Shown here: piece by piece, positions 42,936-54,120 of the stretch
How the letters are laid out: each line of letters begins with the position of its first letter
How positions within the stretch are numbered: position 1 is the stretch's first letter
Assembly (NCBI GenBank): GCA_965218115.1
Contig: OZ244584.1
Span: 2,183,547-2,247,546 of the forward strand
Source: Dehalococcoidia bacterium
GTDB taxonomy: Bacteria > Chloroflexota > Dehalococcoidia > Bin125
Direction of reading: 5' to 3'
DNA: 64,000 nt
The notes under the pieces: model-generated
Seen by the model: only the letters and a program-made list of their open reading frames with translations
What the model was told of the DNA's origin: nothing
Database searches by the model: none
Made by a program: the position numbers and the translations under genes

Positions 42936-44081
42936 CTAGCTGTCTTCCCACTGCACGAACATCGGCATCAGCACGTGGACATAGTTTTCGCGGCCGATCA
43001 CGCGAAACACGCCCGGGTTGGAGGGGCCACTCGTCTCCATCGCGATCTCCGCCTGGCGCGAGGCGACCTGCAGCGCCTCCTGCAGGTAGCGCACGTTGTA
43101 GGCGATGCGCGAATCTTCGCCTTCGACGGTCGCGCTGACCCGGCCGCGGTGGTTGCCCATTTCGTCGGCCCGCGCCGTCAGCGTGATCCCGGCGTCGCCG
43201 TTCGCATCGCCGTGGAAGCGCAATCGCACGATCCCACTGCTCTCGCGCGCGAACACGGCGGCGCTCTTGACGCTCTGCTGCAGGGCGTCACCGGGCAGCA
43301 CCACGCGCGTTTGGTACTCGGACGGAATCAGCTGGTCATAGGTCGGGTAGTTGCCCTGGATCAGTTGGGCCGTCATCTGGGTCGTGGCCAGGTGGAAGCG
43401 CACGTAGCTGCGGTCGCCGTGCAGATACAGCTCCACGGTGCCGTCGTCGTCGGTCAGGATCCGCTCCAGCTCGCGCAGCGCGCGAGCCGGGATCGTGATT
43501 TCGAGCGGCTCGGTCAGCTCCGAGATCACGCGCATGTCGAAGACAGCGAGCCGGAAGCCGTCGGCCGCGGCGAGCGTCATCTGCTCGCCCTTGAAGCGGA
43601 AATGCACGCCCGTCAGCACCGGCCGGCCGTCGTCGGTCGCGGCCGCGAAGACCACGTGCCGCAGCGCCTCGCGGAACTCGCTGGCGACGATCTTGATCCG
43701 GTCTCCCTCGCCAACCCCGGGGATGTTGGGATACGACTCGGCGCTCATCCCGTGGATGCTGCTCTCGTTCGCGTCGCTGGCGCGAATCTGCGCGACGAGC
43801 GAGTCGGGCGAGACGGAGATCTCGGTCTCGCCGCCGCCCAGCGAGGTCACCAGCTCATGCAGGAACTTGTGCGGGATCGTGATCGCCCCGGGCTCCGCGA
43901 CACTGGCGTCGATATTCGCGATCAGCGCGATCTCGGTGTCCGTCGCGGTCAGCCTGACGCCGTCCTCGCCAGCGGCGAGGTGTACGTGGCGGAGCTGGTC
44001 GAGGCTATGGCGCGTGGCCACGGCGTGGCTGACAAGCGAGAGGCCGCGCTCAAGGGCGAGCTGGCTGGTTTGGATGCGCAA
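42936..44081 (-). CDS. dnaN: DNA polymerase III subunit beta (sliding clamp)
   Basis: MRIQTSQLALERGLSLVSHAVATRHSLDQLRHVHLAAGEDGVRLTATDTEIAL..., 381 aa, three-domain length. TTG start at 44081, 7 nt after GAAGGGG. Confidence 0.95.
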   Translation of the reverse strand: MRIQTSQLALERGLSLVSHAVATRHSLDQLRHVHLAAGEDGVRLTATDTEIALIANIDASVAEPGAITIPHKFLHELVTSLGGGETEISVSPDSLVAQIRASDANESSIHGMSAESYPNIPGVGEGDRIKIVASEFREALRHVVFAAATDDGRPVLTGVHFRFKGEQMTLAAADGFRLAVFDMRVISELTEPLEITIPARALRELERILTDDDGTVELYLHGDRSYVRFHLATTQMTAQLIQGNYPTYDQLIPSEYQTRVVLPGDALQQSVKSAAVFARESSGIVRLRFHGDANGDAGITLTARADEMGNHRGRVSATVEGEDSRIAYNVRYLQEALQVASRQAEIAMETSGPSNPGVFRVIGRENYVHVLMPMFVQWEDS

Positions 44082-44109
44082 GGGTAGGCCCCTTCCCGGA
44101 CGATTGACG

Positions 44110-44125
44110 CCATCTGATCAGATGG
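44110..44125. repeat. perfect 16-bp palindrome 29 nt upstream of dnaN
   Basis: CCATCTGATCAGATGG is self-complementary over all 16 positions and centred on GATC. Confidence 0.9.
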
Positions 44126-44241
44126 GTAGGCGATTTGCCACAAGGGCATCCTATTCGCCGCGCCCCTCACTGGTCACGCGATCGGACTCGATACAGAACG
44201 GCGGTGGAAAACGTGTGGATGCCGCAATGATCGGCCGCGGA

Positions 44242-45048
44242 TCAGGCCGGCGCGGCGCCGGGCAGCACTTCGAGAATCCCGCGCAGATCAGGGTAGGTCC
44301 AGGTCGCAGCGGCGCGCAGCCCGCGCTCACGCTCGGGGTCCGGGTAGCGGCGCACGTGATAGACGGGCAGCCCGGCATTGTTCGAGCCGTTGACATCGGC
44401 GTAGGGGCTGTCGCCCACGTAGAGGATCGCATCGGCCGGGAGATCGAGGCTCTGGCAGAGCTGACGGTAGAACGGCAGGCGCGGTTTGTAGGACCGCGCG
44501 GTCTCGGACGAGAGCACGACCTCCGCTGTAATCCCCGCCGCTTCGAGCGCCGGCGCCAGGTGCCCGTCGTCGGCGTTGCTGCCCACCGCGACGCGATAGC
44601 CGCGCGCGCGCAAGCCCTCGAACACCTCCGCCACTTCGGGATAGGCAGGCACTGCCGACATATGGTCCCAGAGATTCTGGAACGCCCGCTCGGCAGGAAT
44701 CGCGTCAACTGAATGGTGCGTAAAGGCGTGCCGAAAGTGCTGCGGCCAGGTCTCCGAGAAGGGACGAAAGACCGGCTCCGGGTCGTCAAGCGAGCCCTCG
44801 CGCACGATCCCGTCCGATTCGGCCAGCGCGCGCGAGGCTTCGATCCAGGCCTCCCAGACTTCCTCGCCGGTCGTGTGGTTGACGCCGTGCTCGACGAGCA
44901 TCTGGTGAATCAGGTTGGCGAAGTCGCGCTCCTCCAGCTGCAGCAACGTGCCGTAACAATCGAAGGCCACGGCGCGCACCGAGGCGGCAGCCCGTTCGGG
45001 CCCAACCGCGGGCGGTGGGAGCTGGCTGGGTTCGGCGACCTCAGTCAC
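44242..45048 (-). CDS. HAD-superfamily hydrolase (haloacid dehalogenase type II-like)
   Basis: Motif I AVAFDCYGTLL, later VAVGSNADD and YVGDSPYADVNGS. The GTG start at 45048 has no clear RBS, so the start is uncertain. Confidence 0.8.
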   Translation of the reverse strand: MTEVAEPSQLPPPAVGPERAAASVRAVAFDCYGTLLQLEERDFANLIHQMLVEHGVNHTTGEEVWEAWIEASRALAESDGIVREGSLDDPEPVFRPFSETWPQHFRHAFTHHSVDAIPAERAFQNLWDHMSAVPAYPEVAEVFEGLRARGYRVAVGSNADDGHLAPALEAAGITAEVVLSSETARSYKPRLPFYRQLCQSLDLPADAILYVGDSPYADVNGSNNAGLPVYHVRRYPDPERERGLRAAATWTYPDLRGILEVLPGAAPA

Positions 45049-45088
45049 AGGATGCTCACAGGACGCTGGCTGGCTGCTGGCTGGCTGC

Positions 45089-46099
45089 TCACGAGCTGCG
45101 GCGAGCCAGCCAGCGGGCGGCGTCCTTGGCGTGGTACGTCAGGATCAGGTCGGCGCCGGCGCGGCGGATGCCGGTCAGCGTCTCCAGCACGATCCGCTCC
45201 TCGTCGATCCAGCCATTGGCGGCGGCGGCTTTGACCATCGCGTACTCGCCGCTCACGTTGTAGGCCGCCAGCGGGACATCGAAGCGTTGGCGCGCGTCGC
45301 GGACGACATCGAGCCAGGCCAGCGCCGGCTTGACCATCACCATGTCGGCGCCCTCGGCGAGGTCACGCTCGATCGCGCGCAGCGCCTCGCGTCCGTTGGC
45401 GGGGTCCATCTGGTAGGCGCGGCGGTCGCCGAACGCGGGCGCCGAGTCGGCGGCGTCGCGGAACGGGCCGTAGAAGGCGGAGGCGAACTTGGCGGCGTAG
45501 GAGAGCAGCGTGAGTTCGGCGAACCCGCTCTCGTCAAGCGCCTCGCGAATCACGCCGATCCGCCCGTCCATCATGTCGCTCGGCGCGATGATGTCGGCCC
45601 CCGCCTCCGCCTGGCTCACGGCAGTCCGGGCCAGCAGCTCGACGCTCGCATCGTTGATCACTCGGCCCTGGTCGTCGACCAGGCCGCAGTGCCCGTGATC
45701 GGTGTACTCGCAGAGGCAGACATCGGTGATCACCACCAGCTCGGGATCGGCGTCTTTCAGCTCGCGCACCGCCTGCTGGATGATCCCGTCGGCGGCCCAG
45801 GCCTCGGAGCCCTGCGCATCCTTGCTGGCCGGCAACCCGAAGAGCAGGATCGCGGGAATGTCGAGCGACGAGAGCTCCGCCGCCTCGCGCGCCAGCTGGT
45901 CGACCGAGAGTCGCGACTGACCGGGCATCGAGGCGATCGGGTCGCGCACACCCCGCCCATGGGTGACGAAGATCGGGTAGATGAAATCGGTCGGGGCGAG
46001 TCGGGTCTCGCGCACCATCGCGCGCAGCGTGTCGCTGCGCCGCAGCCGCCGCATGCGGTGGCTGCTGGGAATGGTCAGGCGGGTTCGGTGCGTCGTCAT
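45089..46099 (-). CDS. hemB: porphobilinogen synthase (delta-aminolevulinate dehydratase)
   Basis: [31 protein letters not shown]..., [34 protein letters not shown]. The ATG overlaps the upstream stop (ATGA). Confidence 0.96.
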   Translation of the reverse strand: MTTHRTRLTIPSSHRMRRLRRSDTLRAMVRETRLAPTDFIYPIFVTHGRGVRDPIASMPGQSRLSVDQLAREAAELSSLDIPAILLFGLPASKDAQGSEAWAADGIIQQAVRELKDADPELVVITDVCLCEYTDHGHCGLVDDQGRVINDASVELLARTAVSQAEAGADIIAPSDMMDGRIGVIREALDESGFAELTLLSYAAKFASAFYGPFRDAADSAPAFGDRRAYQMDPANGREALRAIERDLAEGADMVMVKPALAWLDVVRDARQRFDVPLAAYNVSGEYAMVKAAAANGWIDEERIVLETLTGIRRAGADLILTYHAKDAARWLARRSS

Positions 46100-47625
46100 C
46101 GGCGTGCGCTGTGCTCCCTGCGGGCTTGGATGATCGCTTCCACGAGCCCCTCCATGGTATGGACCACGGCCTCGATCGTCACAGTAATCCCGGCTGCACT
46201 CGCCGCGGCGGTCGTCACCGGGCCGATTGAGGCGACCTCGGTTTCCTGCAACAGCTCAGTGCCTGCCTGCTCGACGAGGCCATGCACCGTGGAGGGGGCG
46301 GTGAACGTGATCGTATCGACCTCGCCGTCGCGCAGCTGCTGGAGCACCGCCTCGACCGGGGAGGCGGTCCGCACGTCGTAGACGGCGATGTCATCGACCT
46401 GCGCCCCGGCATCGCGCAGCCCATCGCTGAGTGCGGGGCTGCCCTGGGCGGCGCGCGGCAGCAGGACCCGACGACCTCGAACGGAGCCGCTGAGCAGCGC
46501 GTCGAGCAGTGCCGCTGAGGTGTAACGGTCGGGCACGATGTCCGGTCGCAGGCCGACGCGCTCCAGCGCAGCGCTGGTGGCGGGCCCAATCGCGGCGAGC
46601 CGCACCCCACCGTAGGCACGCGCGTCGCCGCCCGCCTCGCGCAGCTGCTCGTGGAACCGTTGTACGCCGTTGACGCTGGTGAAGACCACGTCGTCATAGC
46701 TGCCGCGGCGCAACCGCTCGATCGCCCCACGAATCAGCGCCGTCTCTCCGTCACAGAGTTCGATCGCCGGCATCACCAGAGGGATCGCGCCTTGCGCGCG
46801 CAGCATCGCGGCAAACCCCGCCGCAGAGTGGCCCGGACGGGTGACCAGGATGCGCCGTCCGTGCAGGGGCCGGGACTCGCGCCAGCTAAGCCCCTCAGCG
46901 AGCTCGACGACGGGGCCGATGACGAGCGTCACGGGCGGCCGCAGGCCCGCGGCGGCGGCGAGCGCCGGCAGCTCGGCCAGCGTGCTCGTCACGCTGTGTT
47001 GCTCGGGCATCGAGGCTCGCTCGATCGCGGCGGCGGGCGTGTCGGCGTCCAGGCCGGCGTCGATCAGGCGCGCGCTGATCTCGGTCAGCGCGCGCCAGCC
47101 CATCAGCACCACGATCGTCCCGCCGGTCTGCGCGATCGCCCGCCAGTTGATCGGCGGGGCGTCGTTGTCCGCCTCCTGGCCGGTCACCACGGTGAAGCTC
47201 GAGGCGTGCCGACGGTCGGTCACCGGGATCCCGGCCAGTGCGGCCGCGGCCGTCGCGGAGCTGACGCCGGGAATCACCTCGAACGGCACGTCCGCGTCGT
47301 GCAGCGCGTCGGCCTCTTCGCCGCCGCGACCGAACACGAACGGGTCCCCGCCCTTCAGGCGCACGACCTGTAATCCGCGTTGGGCCCGCTCGATCAACAG
47401 CGCGTTGATCTGTTCCTGCGGCATGCCTCGCGAGCCGGAGCCGGCCGGGCTCTTGCCGGCGTCGATGATCTCGGCCCGGGGGAGCGCGTGCGCCAACAGC
47501 TCACGGCTGACGAGACGGTCATGCACGACCACATCTGCCCTGCTCAACGCGCTCAGGCCGGCGAGCGTGATCAGATCGGGATCGCCAGGACCGGCCCCGA
47601 CCAGCGTGACGCGACCGGTACTCAT
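46096..47625 (-). CDS. cobA: fused uroporphyrinogen-III C-methyltransferase / uroporphyrinogen-III synthase
   Basis: N-terminal [21 protein letters not shown]...[18 protein letters not shown] (SUMT) and a C-terminal HemD-like half (RRILVTRP...VVFTSVNGV). ATG at 47625; the ORF-track start at 47757 overlaps hemC. Confidence 0.9.
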   Translation of the reverse strand: MSTGRVTLVGAGPGDPDLITLAGLSALSRADVVVHDRLVSRELLAHALPRAEIIDAGKSPAGSGSRGMPQEQINALLIERAQRGLQVVRLKGGDPFVFGRGGEEADALHDADVPFEVIPGVSSATAAAALAGIPVTDRRHASSFTVVTGQEADNDAPPINWRAIAQTGGTIVVLMGWRALTEISARLIDAGLDADTPAAAIERASMPEQHSVTSTLAELPALAAAAGLRPPVTLVIGPVVELAEGLSWRESRPLHGRRILVTRPGHSAAGFAAMLRAQGAIPLVMPAIELCDGETALIRGAIERLRRGSYDDVVFTSVNGVQRFHEQLREAGGDARAYGGVRLAAIGPATSAALERVGLRPDIVPDRYTSAALLDALLSGSVRGRRVLLPRAAQGSPALSDGLRDAGAQVDDIAVYDVRTASPVEAVLQQLRDGEVDTITFTAPSTVHGLVEQAGTELLQETEVASIGPVTTAAASAAGITVTIEAVVHTMEGLVEAIIQARREHSARR

Positions 47626-47629
47626 GTAC

Positions 47630-48544
47630 TCATCGCTCGATCTCCGCGAGCAGCTCCCGCCCGCCCCGATCGAGCAGCAGCGCTCCCACCTCGCTGCCGA
47701 TCTCGACGGCGTCCGCATCGCTGCCCGAACGCTGCATCTCGATGCGACGCGCGCCATCGAAGCTGAGCAACCGCGCCAGCACGGTCACCTGCCCGGCGCG
47801 GGTGTGCGCCAGCGAAGCGATCGGCAGGCTGCAGCCGACCCCAATCGCGGCGAGCACCGCGCGTTCGGCGCTCACCGACACCCGCGTCGGGCGGTCGTCG
47901 CAAACCTCGAGCGCGGCGCGGGTCGCCGCATCGTCGGCGCGGCACTGCAGCGCGATCGCGCCTTGGCCGGGCGCGGGCAGCATCACGTCGGGTGGCAGCA
48001 GCTCGCTCGCGGCCTCTGATCGATTCAGCCGAATCAGGCCGGCGGCGGCCAACAGCAGCGCGTCGACTTCGCCGTCGGCGAGTTTGCGCAGCCGCGTATC
48101 GACGTTGCCGCGGATATCGGTGGGCACCAGCTGCGGCCAGCGCGCGAGCAGCTGCGCCGCCCGTCGGCGGCTCCCCGTGCCCACGGTCGAGCCCGGCGGC
48201 AGCGCAGCGAGCGGTGCGCCGTCGCGTGTGGCGACCGCATCGCGCACATCAGCGCGCGGCAGAAACGCCGCCAGCACCGTCCCGTCCAGCGGCGCCGAGG
48301 GCACGTCTTTGGCGCTGTGCGTGGCGACATCGATCTCGCCATCCAGCAGCGCCTGCTCAAGGGCGCGCACGAAGACGCCGCGCCCGCCCAGCGTGTGCAG
48401 CGAGGTCGTGCGGTCGCGGTCGCCTTCCGACTGGATGATCACCTCGATCGTCTCGGCGCCGCCGGCCCGAATTGCCGTAGCAGCCTCGGCAGTCTGGATC
48501 CGGGCGAGGATGCTGCCGCGGGTACCGAGGCGCAGCGGCGGCAT
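47630..48544 (-). CDS. hemC: hydroxymethylbilane synthase (porphobilinogen deaminase)
   Basis: MPPLRLGTRGSILARIQTAEA...SEGDRD...ALLDGEIDVATHSAKDVP...TGSRRRAAQL...RGNVDTRLRKL. ATG at 48544 follows GGGAGG. Confidence 0.95.
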   Translation of the reverse strand: MPPLRLGTRGSILARIQTAEAATAIRAGGAETIEVIIQSEGDRDRTTSLHTLGGRGVFVRALEQALLDGEIDVATHSAKDVPSAPLDGTVLAAFLPRADVRDAVATRDGAPLAALPPGSTVGTGSRRRAAQLLARWPQLVPTDIRGNVDTRLRKLADGEVDALLLAAAGLIRLNRSEAASELLPPDVMLPAPGQGAIALQCRADDAATRAALEVCDDRPTRVSVSAERAVLAAIGVGCSLPIASLAHTRAGQVTVLARLLSFDGARRIEMQRSGSDADAVEIGSEVGALLLDRGGRELLAEIER

Positions 48545-48545
48545 C

Positions 48546-49262
48546 TCAGGCCTCCCTCGAAACGCGGCAGGGCTCGAGCAGGCTGTCGAGCCGCGGCTGC
48601 GCATGGTCGCGCAGCGGCGCGCCCAGCCGCGCGAGCAGCAGCGCCTTGGCCTGGCCGCGACTGCGCTGCGCCAGCAGCGCGCGCAGGCGGCCATCGATCG
48701 CCTGCTGCCACGCGTCGGCCGGGATCGGCCGGAAAACGCGCCGGCGGCGCAGGTCGGCGCGCACTTCGGCGACCAGCTCAGCCAGCGGCGCGGTGTCGTC
48801 GCCGAAGTAGACGGTCAGCTCTTCGCGCACGCGCCGCGCGATCGCGGGGCTGCCGCCGCCGGTCGAAATCGCGATCGTCAGCGGCGACTCGCGCACCACC
48901 GCGGGCAGGATGAAGTCACAGTTGGCGGGATCGTCGGCCGCGTTGAGCAGAATCCCGCGCCGGCGGGCCTCCTGCGAGAGTCGGGCATTCGCCGCAGCGT
49001 CGCCCTGCGCGGCCATCACGACTGCGAAGCCCTGCATGTCACCGTCGCAGTACTCGCGCGCCCGATGCACGATCTGGTCATCGTCGCGCAGGCCGATCAG
49101 TTCATCGTCCAGACGCTCCGCGACGACGGTGATCGCAGCCCCCGCAGCGCGCAGGCCGCGCACCTTCTCAGCCGCGAGCGCCCCGCCGCCGACCACGAGC
49201 ACCGGACGCGCCCGCAGGTCTAGGAAGATCGGGTACCAGGCTGGCGGCGCAGAATCGCTCAA
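48546..49262 (-). CDS. precorrin-2 dehydrogenase / sirohydrochlorin ferrochelatase (SirC / CysG N-terminal domain-like)
   Basis: YPIFLDLRARPVLVVGGGALAAEKV...LLNAADDPANCDFILPAVV...IAISTGGGSPAIARRVRE. Proposed TTG start at 49262, 5 nt after GGAG; the ORF-track start at 49565 overlaps the upstream gene. Confidence 0.8.
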   Translation of the reverse strand: MSDSAPPAWYPIFLDLRARPVLVVGGGALAAEKVRGLRAAGAAITVVAERLDDELIGLRDDDQIVHRAREYCDGDMQGFAVVMAAQGDAAANARLSQEARRRGILLNAADDPANCDFILPAVVRESPLTIAISTGGGSPAIARRVREELTVYFGDDTAPLAELVAEVRADLRRRRVFRPIPADAWQQAIDGRLRALLAQRSRGQAKALLLARLGAPLRDHAQPRLDSLLEPCRVSREA

Positions 49263-49273
49263 GCGAACTCCAA

Positions 49274-50200
49274 CTAGAGGTCGAGTTCGGCCAGGCCGAT
49301 GCCTCGTTCGCCCTGCACGCTGTAGAGCAGCCACGCCCGGCCATTCTCCGTGAACACGCCAGGGTCGCGTAGCTGATTGACCGGATCCGGCGCCCAGCCG
49401 CGCACCGAGGGCGCGTGCGGCAGGTCGGCGCCCTCCCAGTCGCGTTCGGGCCGCAGCAGCTCCTGCTCGGGTCCCGCCTGCCAGTCGCGCCAGTCGCTGC
49501 GCGTGTCGACGGCCGAGACGTAGATTCGCTCCGGCGCCTCGCCGACCAGCGTCCAGAAGACCCACAGCGTGTCGCCGCGCTGCAACAGCGCGCAGTGACG
49601 CATGTCGTTGCTGAACAGCTGTGGGCCGTGCTCGAAGTTGGTCAGTCCGTCGTCGGAGCGACAGAGGATGCCCGGCTGCGCCATGCCGATCCAGTCCTCC
49701 TCGCGCTGCAACATCCGCAGATAGGAGTTGGCCAGCAGCTCTTCAGCCGCTGCGAAGTGGATGCCGTCCTTCGACCGCGCCACGCGGGTGCGCTGATTGC
49801 CGTCGGGCAACGCGCCGTGGAAGTACATGCGGATCTCGCGCCGCTCGTCGTCGACGTGCACATCGGGAGAGGCGACGTGCGGGTAGAACCAGCCGCGCTC
49901 GATGCCCGCCGCGACGCGTGGGTCGTCGACGTTGAAATCCTCGCGCTCGTGAGGGAATGCGGTCTGCTCGACGGCCAGCGTGCCCGGCTCGTAGGTGCTC
50001 CACGGCCCCTCAACCGAATCCGCGCTGGCCAACCGGATGTAGCGCCCGTGGTGGTCGGCGAAATAGAGCAGGTAGGCGCCCGGCGCGTCGGTCAGCCATT
50101 CGGGCGTGCGGATCAGCGAGGGCCCGTTGATGTTCACGCCCATCCGGCTGTCCATGTTCGGACGGATGATGGGCCCGTCGCCGACGCGTCGTGCTCGCAT
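49274..50200 (-). CDS. hypothetical protein, possibly a GH43/GH32-like five-bladed beta-propeller fold
   Basis: 308 aa from ATG 50200 (AGGAG 7 nt upstream). INGPSLIRTPEWL...YLLYFADHHGRYIRLASADSVEGPW resembles propeller glycosidase-like hypotheticals. The function call is weak. Confidence 0.55.
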   Translation of the reverse strand: MRARRVGDGPIIRPNMDSRMGVNINGPSLIRTPEWLTDAPGAYLLYFADHHGRYIRLASADSVEGPWSTYEPGTLAVEQTAFPHEREDFNVDDPRVAAGIERGWFYPHVASPDVHVDDERREIRMYFHGALPDGNQRTRVARSKDGIHFAAAEELLANSYLRMLQREEDWIGMAQPGILCRSDDGLTNFEHGPQLFSNDMRHCALLQRGDTLWVFWTLVGEAPERIYVSAVDTRSDWRDWQAGPEQELLRPERDWEGADLPHAPSVRGWAPDPVNQLRDPGVFTENGRAWLLYSVQGERGIGLAELDL

Positions 50201-50315
50201 GCTCGGACTCCTGTCGCAATCGTCGTCGGCTCCGTGCCGCCTCCGGGCTGACTTGATCAATGGTAGTGCGCGATAGGCTGGCCTCGCCGTGGGTGCGTGA
50301 GCTTGAGGGAGCGGG

Positions 50316-50930
50316 ATGTCACTGCAGACGGGCGCGCTGCGCGAGACGATCGAGATGCTGATTCTCGGCCTGATCGTCTTCTTGTTGGCTCGCGAGGCGG
50401 TGCAGAACTTTCAGGTCGAGGGCAGCAGCATGCGGCCGACGCTGGACAACTCCGACCTCGTGCTGGTCAACAAGGTCGGCTACTGGAAGCTCAACCTCGG
50501 TCCGTTCGACGCGCTGATCCCCGGCCGCAACAACGGCGAATTCCTGATGGGCGGGCCCGACCGCGGCTCGGTGATCATCTTTCGCCCGCCCTACCGCTCC
50601 GACAAGGACTTCGTGAAGCGCGTGATCGGCCTGCCCGGCGACACCGTCGAGGTGCGTGACGGCTGGGTCTGGGTCAACGGCAGCCGGCTGCAGGAGTTCG
50701 CCTACACCGCGGCGCTGCCGAACTACAGCTGGGGCCCGGCGCGGATTCCGCCCGAGCACTACTTCGTGCTGGGCGACAATCGCAACCGCAGCTCCGACTC
50801 GCACAGTTTCGGACCGATCCACGAGGACCACATCGTCGGCGAGGTGCTGCTGCGCTGGTTCCCGCTCGACCGGATCAGCACCGGCGTCGGCCTGCCCACC
50901 ATCGACGAGACAGGAGAGCTGCTCCCATGA
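50316..50930 (+). CDS. lepB: signal peptidase I
   Basis: VEGSSMRPTL (Ser box), FVKRVIGLPGDTVEV (Lys box), YFVLGDNRNRSSDSH. Confidence 0.93.
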   Translation: MSLQTGALRETIEMLILGLIVFLLAREAVQNFQVEGSSMRPTLDNSDLVLVNKVGYWKLNLGPFDALIPGRNNGEFLMGGPDRGSVIIFRPPYRSDKDFVKRVIGLPGDTVEVRDGWVWVNGSRLQEFAYTAALPNYSWGPARIPPEHYFVLGDNRNRSSDSHSFGPIHEDHIVGEVLLRWFPLDRISTGVGLPTIDETGELLP

Positions 50931-51490
50931 CCAACGCAGATGCGGCGCTGGTGTCGCTGCGTGAGGTCGGCGCAGTCCTGGAAGGGCATTTCCAGTACGC
51001 GTCAGGCCGCCACGGTCCGATCTACGTGGAGAAGTTCCGGCTGCTCGAGCATCCCGAGGTGACCGCCCGGCTGTGCGCCCAGATCGCCGAGCAGTTCAGC
51101 GGAACAGCGATCGAGGTCGTGGTCGGCCCAACGACGGGCGGGATTCTGCTCGCCCACGAGACCGCGCGCGCGCTCGGCACGAGGATGCTCTTCGCCGAGC
51201 GCGCAGCGGCCGGCGGCCGAGTCTTCGAGCGCGGCTTCAGCTTCGCAGCCGGACAGCCGACGCTGGTCGTCGACGATGTGCTGACCACCGGCGGCTCGAT
51301 CCGGGAGACGATCGACGCAGTGCGCGCCGGCGGCGGCGAGCCGGTCGGCGTGGGCGTGGTCGTCGACCGCACCAACGGCGCGACGGACTTCGGTCTCCCG
51401 TTCTTCGCCTGCATCGCGTTGGAAGTGCCCAGCTATCCCGCCGACGAATGCCCGCTCTGCATATCCGGCGCCCCGCTGACCATCACCTAG
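50927..51490 (+). CDS. pyrE: orotate phosphoribosyltransferase
   Basis: GHFQYASGRHGPIYVEKFRLL... and the PRPP-binding loop TLVVDDVLTTGGSI. ATGA overlap with lepB. Confidence 0.92.
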   Translation: MTNADAALVSLREVGAVLEGHFQYASGRHGPIYVEKFRLLEHPEVTARLCAQIAEQFSGTAIEVVVGPTTGGILLAHETARALGTRMLFAERAAAGGRVFERGFSFAAGQPTLVVDDVLTTGGSIRETIDAVRAGGGEPVGVGVVVDRTNGATDFGLPFFACIALEVPSYPADECPLCISGAPLTIT

Positions 51491-51504
51491 CTGCCCAACG
51501 CGGC

Positions 51505-52071
51505 CTAGCAGCCCGCAGCGTGCGCGGACGGGAACGCCTCGGCGCGCACGGCGGCAACCGCTTGATCGATCGCCGCGTCCATCCGCTCGCAGAGCAAGCC
51601 GGGCTGACGCTCGAACATCCCACGCACCCAGGCGATCCGCCAGCGCTGGTCGGCGCTGAGCCGATGCGCCGCCTCAGCCTCGGCCACCTCGTCCTCATCC
51701 TCGATCAGCGCCTCCTGGCCAGGGCGGATCAGCGCATCGAGCAGCAGGTCGTGGTACTCGATCACCCCGCCGTCGCAGCGCACGGACTCCAGCGCATCGA
51801 AGCGGTAGAGCCGCAGCGAGCCGTCGGGACGATGGATGCGGTAGCCGCCGTACGGACGCCCCGGCCACCAGACGCCCCAGGAGGTGAAGCCGGCGGAGCC
51901 CTCGAACGGGGGAGCGCCGTCGGCCAGCCAGCGGCCCACGATCAGCTCGTCGCTGACCAGCCAACGCTCCAGCGGAAACTCCTGCGTCGCGCCGTCGAGC
52001 GCGATCTTGCGCTCGATCAGGCGCGACGGCGGAACCGTGGGCAGCGGCCCCTCGCCCAAGTGCTCGCTCAT
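51505..52071 (-). CDS. DUF402-domain protein
   Basis: YHDLLLDALIRPGQEALIEDEDEVAEA... matches the DUF402 D..LD...(D/E)DE(L/V) core. 188 aa. Confidence 0.65.
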   Translation of the reverse strand: MSEHLGEGPLPTVPPSRLIERKIALDGATQEFPLERWLVSDELIVGRWLADGAPPFEGSAGFTSWGVWWPGRPYGGYRIHRPDGSLRLYRFDALESVRCDGGVIEYHDLLLDALIRPGQEALIEDEDEVAEAEAAHRLSADQRWRIAWVRGMFERQPGLLCERMDAAIDQAVAAVRAEAFPSAHAAGC

Positions 52072-52084
52072 GACTGAAATGTAG

Positions 52085-53530
<1,446 letters not shown>

Positions 53531-53578
53531 CACCCTGCTTCGGTAATCTCAGCGCCAAAAGCGCACGAGGAGCGCACG

Positions 53579-54118
53579 ATGTCGGAAACCGTTCTCTCGA
53601 TCCTGATCTGGCTGCACGTGATCGCCGTGGCCGTCTGGCTCGGCGGGCAGGTGCTGACTGCGGCCGCGGTCGTGCCGACGCTGCGCGCGACCGGCGACCG
53701 CGACTTCTGGCTCAACGCGCTGGAAGATTTCACCCGCCGGTTCGGACGGATCGGGATCGTCGCGATGATCATCATCGTGGTCACCGGCGGCGCCATGATC
53801 GACCCGCGCCTTGATCAGGCGGAGAACTTCGGCTCATCGATCTATGACGCGCGCTGGGGCATCATCTTCGTGACCAAGATGGCGCTCTGGGTGGCGATGA
53901 TCGGAGTGATCGGGTTGCACCAGTTCGTCTTCGGCCCGCGCCAGCTACAGCTCGCGCGGGCGGGCGTCGCCGCCGGCGCAGCTGGTGACAGCGCCGCGCT
54001 GGTGCGGATTCGCCGGATCACGATTGTGCTCTCCATCGTGGGTTTGCTGCTCACCCTCGCCGTCGCCGGCGCGGGCGCGTTCCTGGGCAACCACAACTTC
54101 TCCATGAATCCTGTCTAG
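53579..54118 (+). CDS. CopD-like integral membrane protein
   Basis: 179 aa with about 4-5 TM segments. ILIWLHVIAVAVWLGGQVL is typical of the CopD/YcnJ-type family. GAGGAG RBS. Confidence 0.6.
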   Translation: MSETVLSILIWLHVIAVAVWLGGQVLTAAAVVPTLRATGDRDFWLNALEDFTRRFGRIGIVAMIIIVVTGGAMIDPRLDQAENFGSSIYDARWGIIFVTKMALWVAMIGVIGLHQFVFGPRQLQLARAGVAAGAAGDSAALVRIRRITIVLSIVGLLLTLAVAGAGAFLGNHNFSMNPV

Positions 54119-54120
54119 CC

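Noticed and set aside
44082-44241. Chromosomal replication origin next to dnaN.
   Set aside because: The spacer is only 160 nt with three imperfect DnaA-box-like 9-mers. There is no AT-rich unwinding element and no dnaA gene adjacent. The window alone cannot show a skew switch. I kept it only as a possible DnaA-responsive promoter region.
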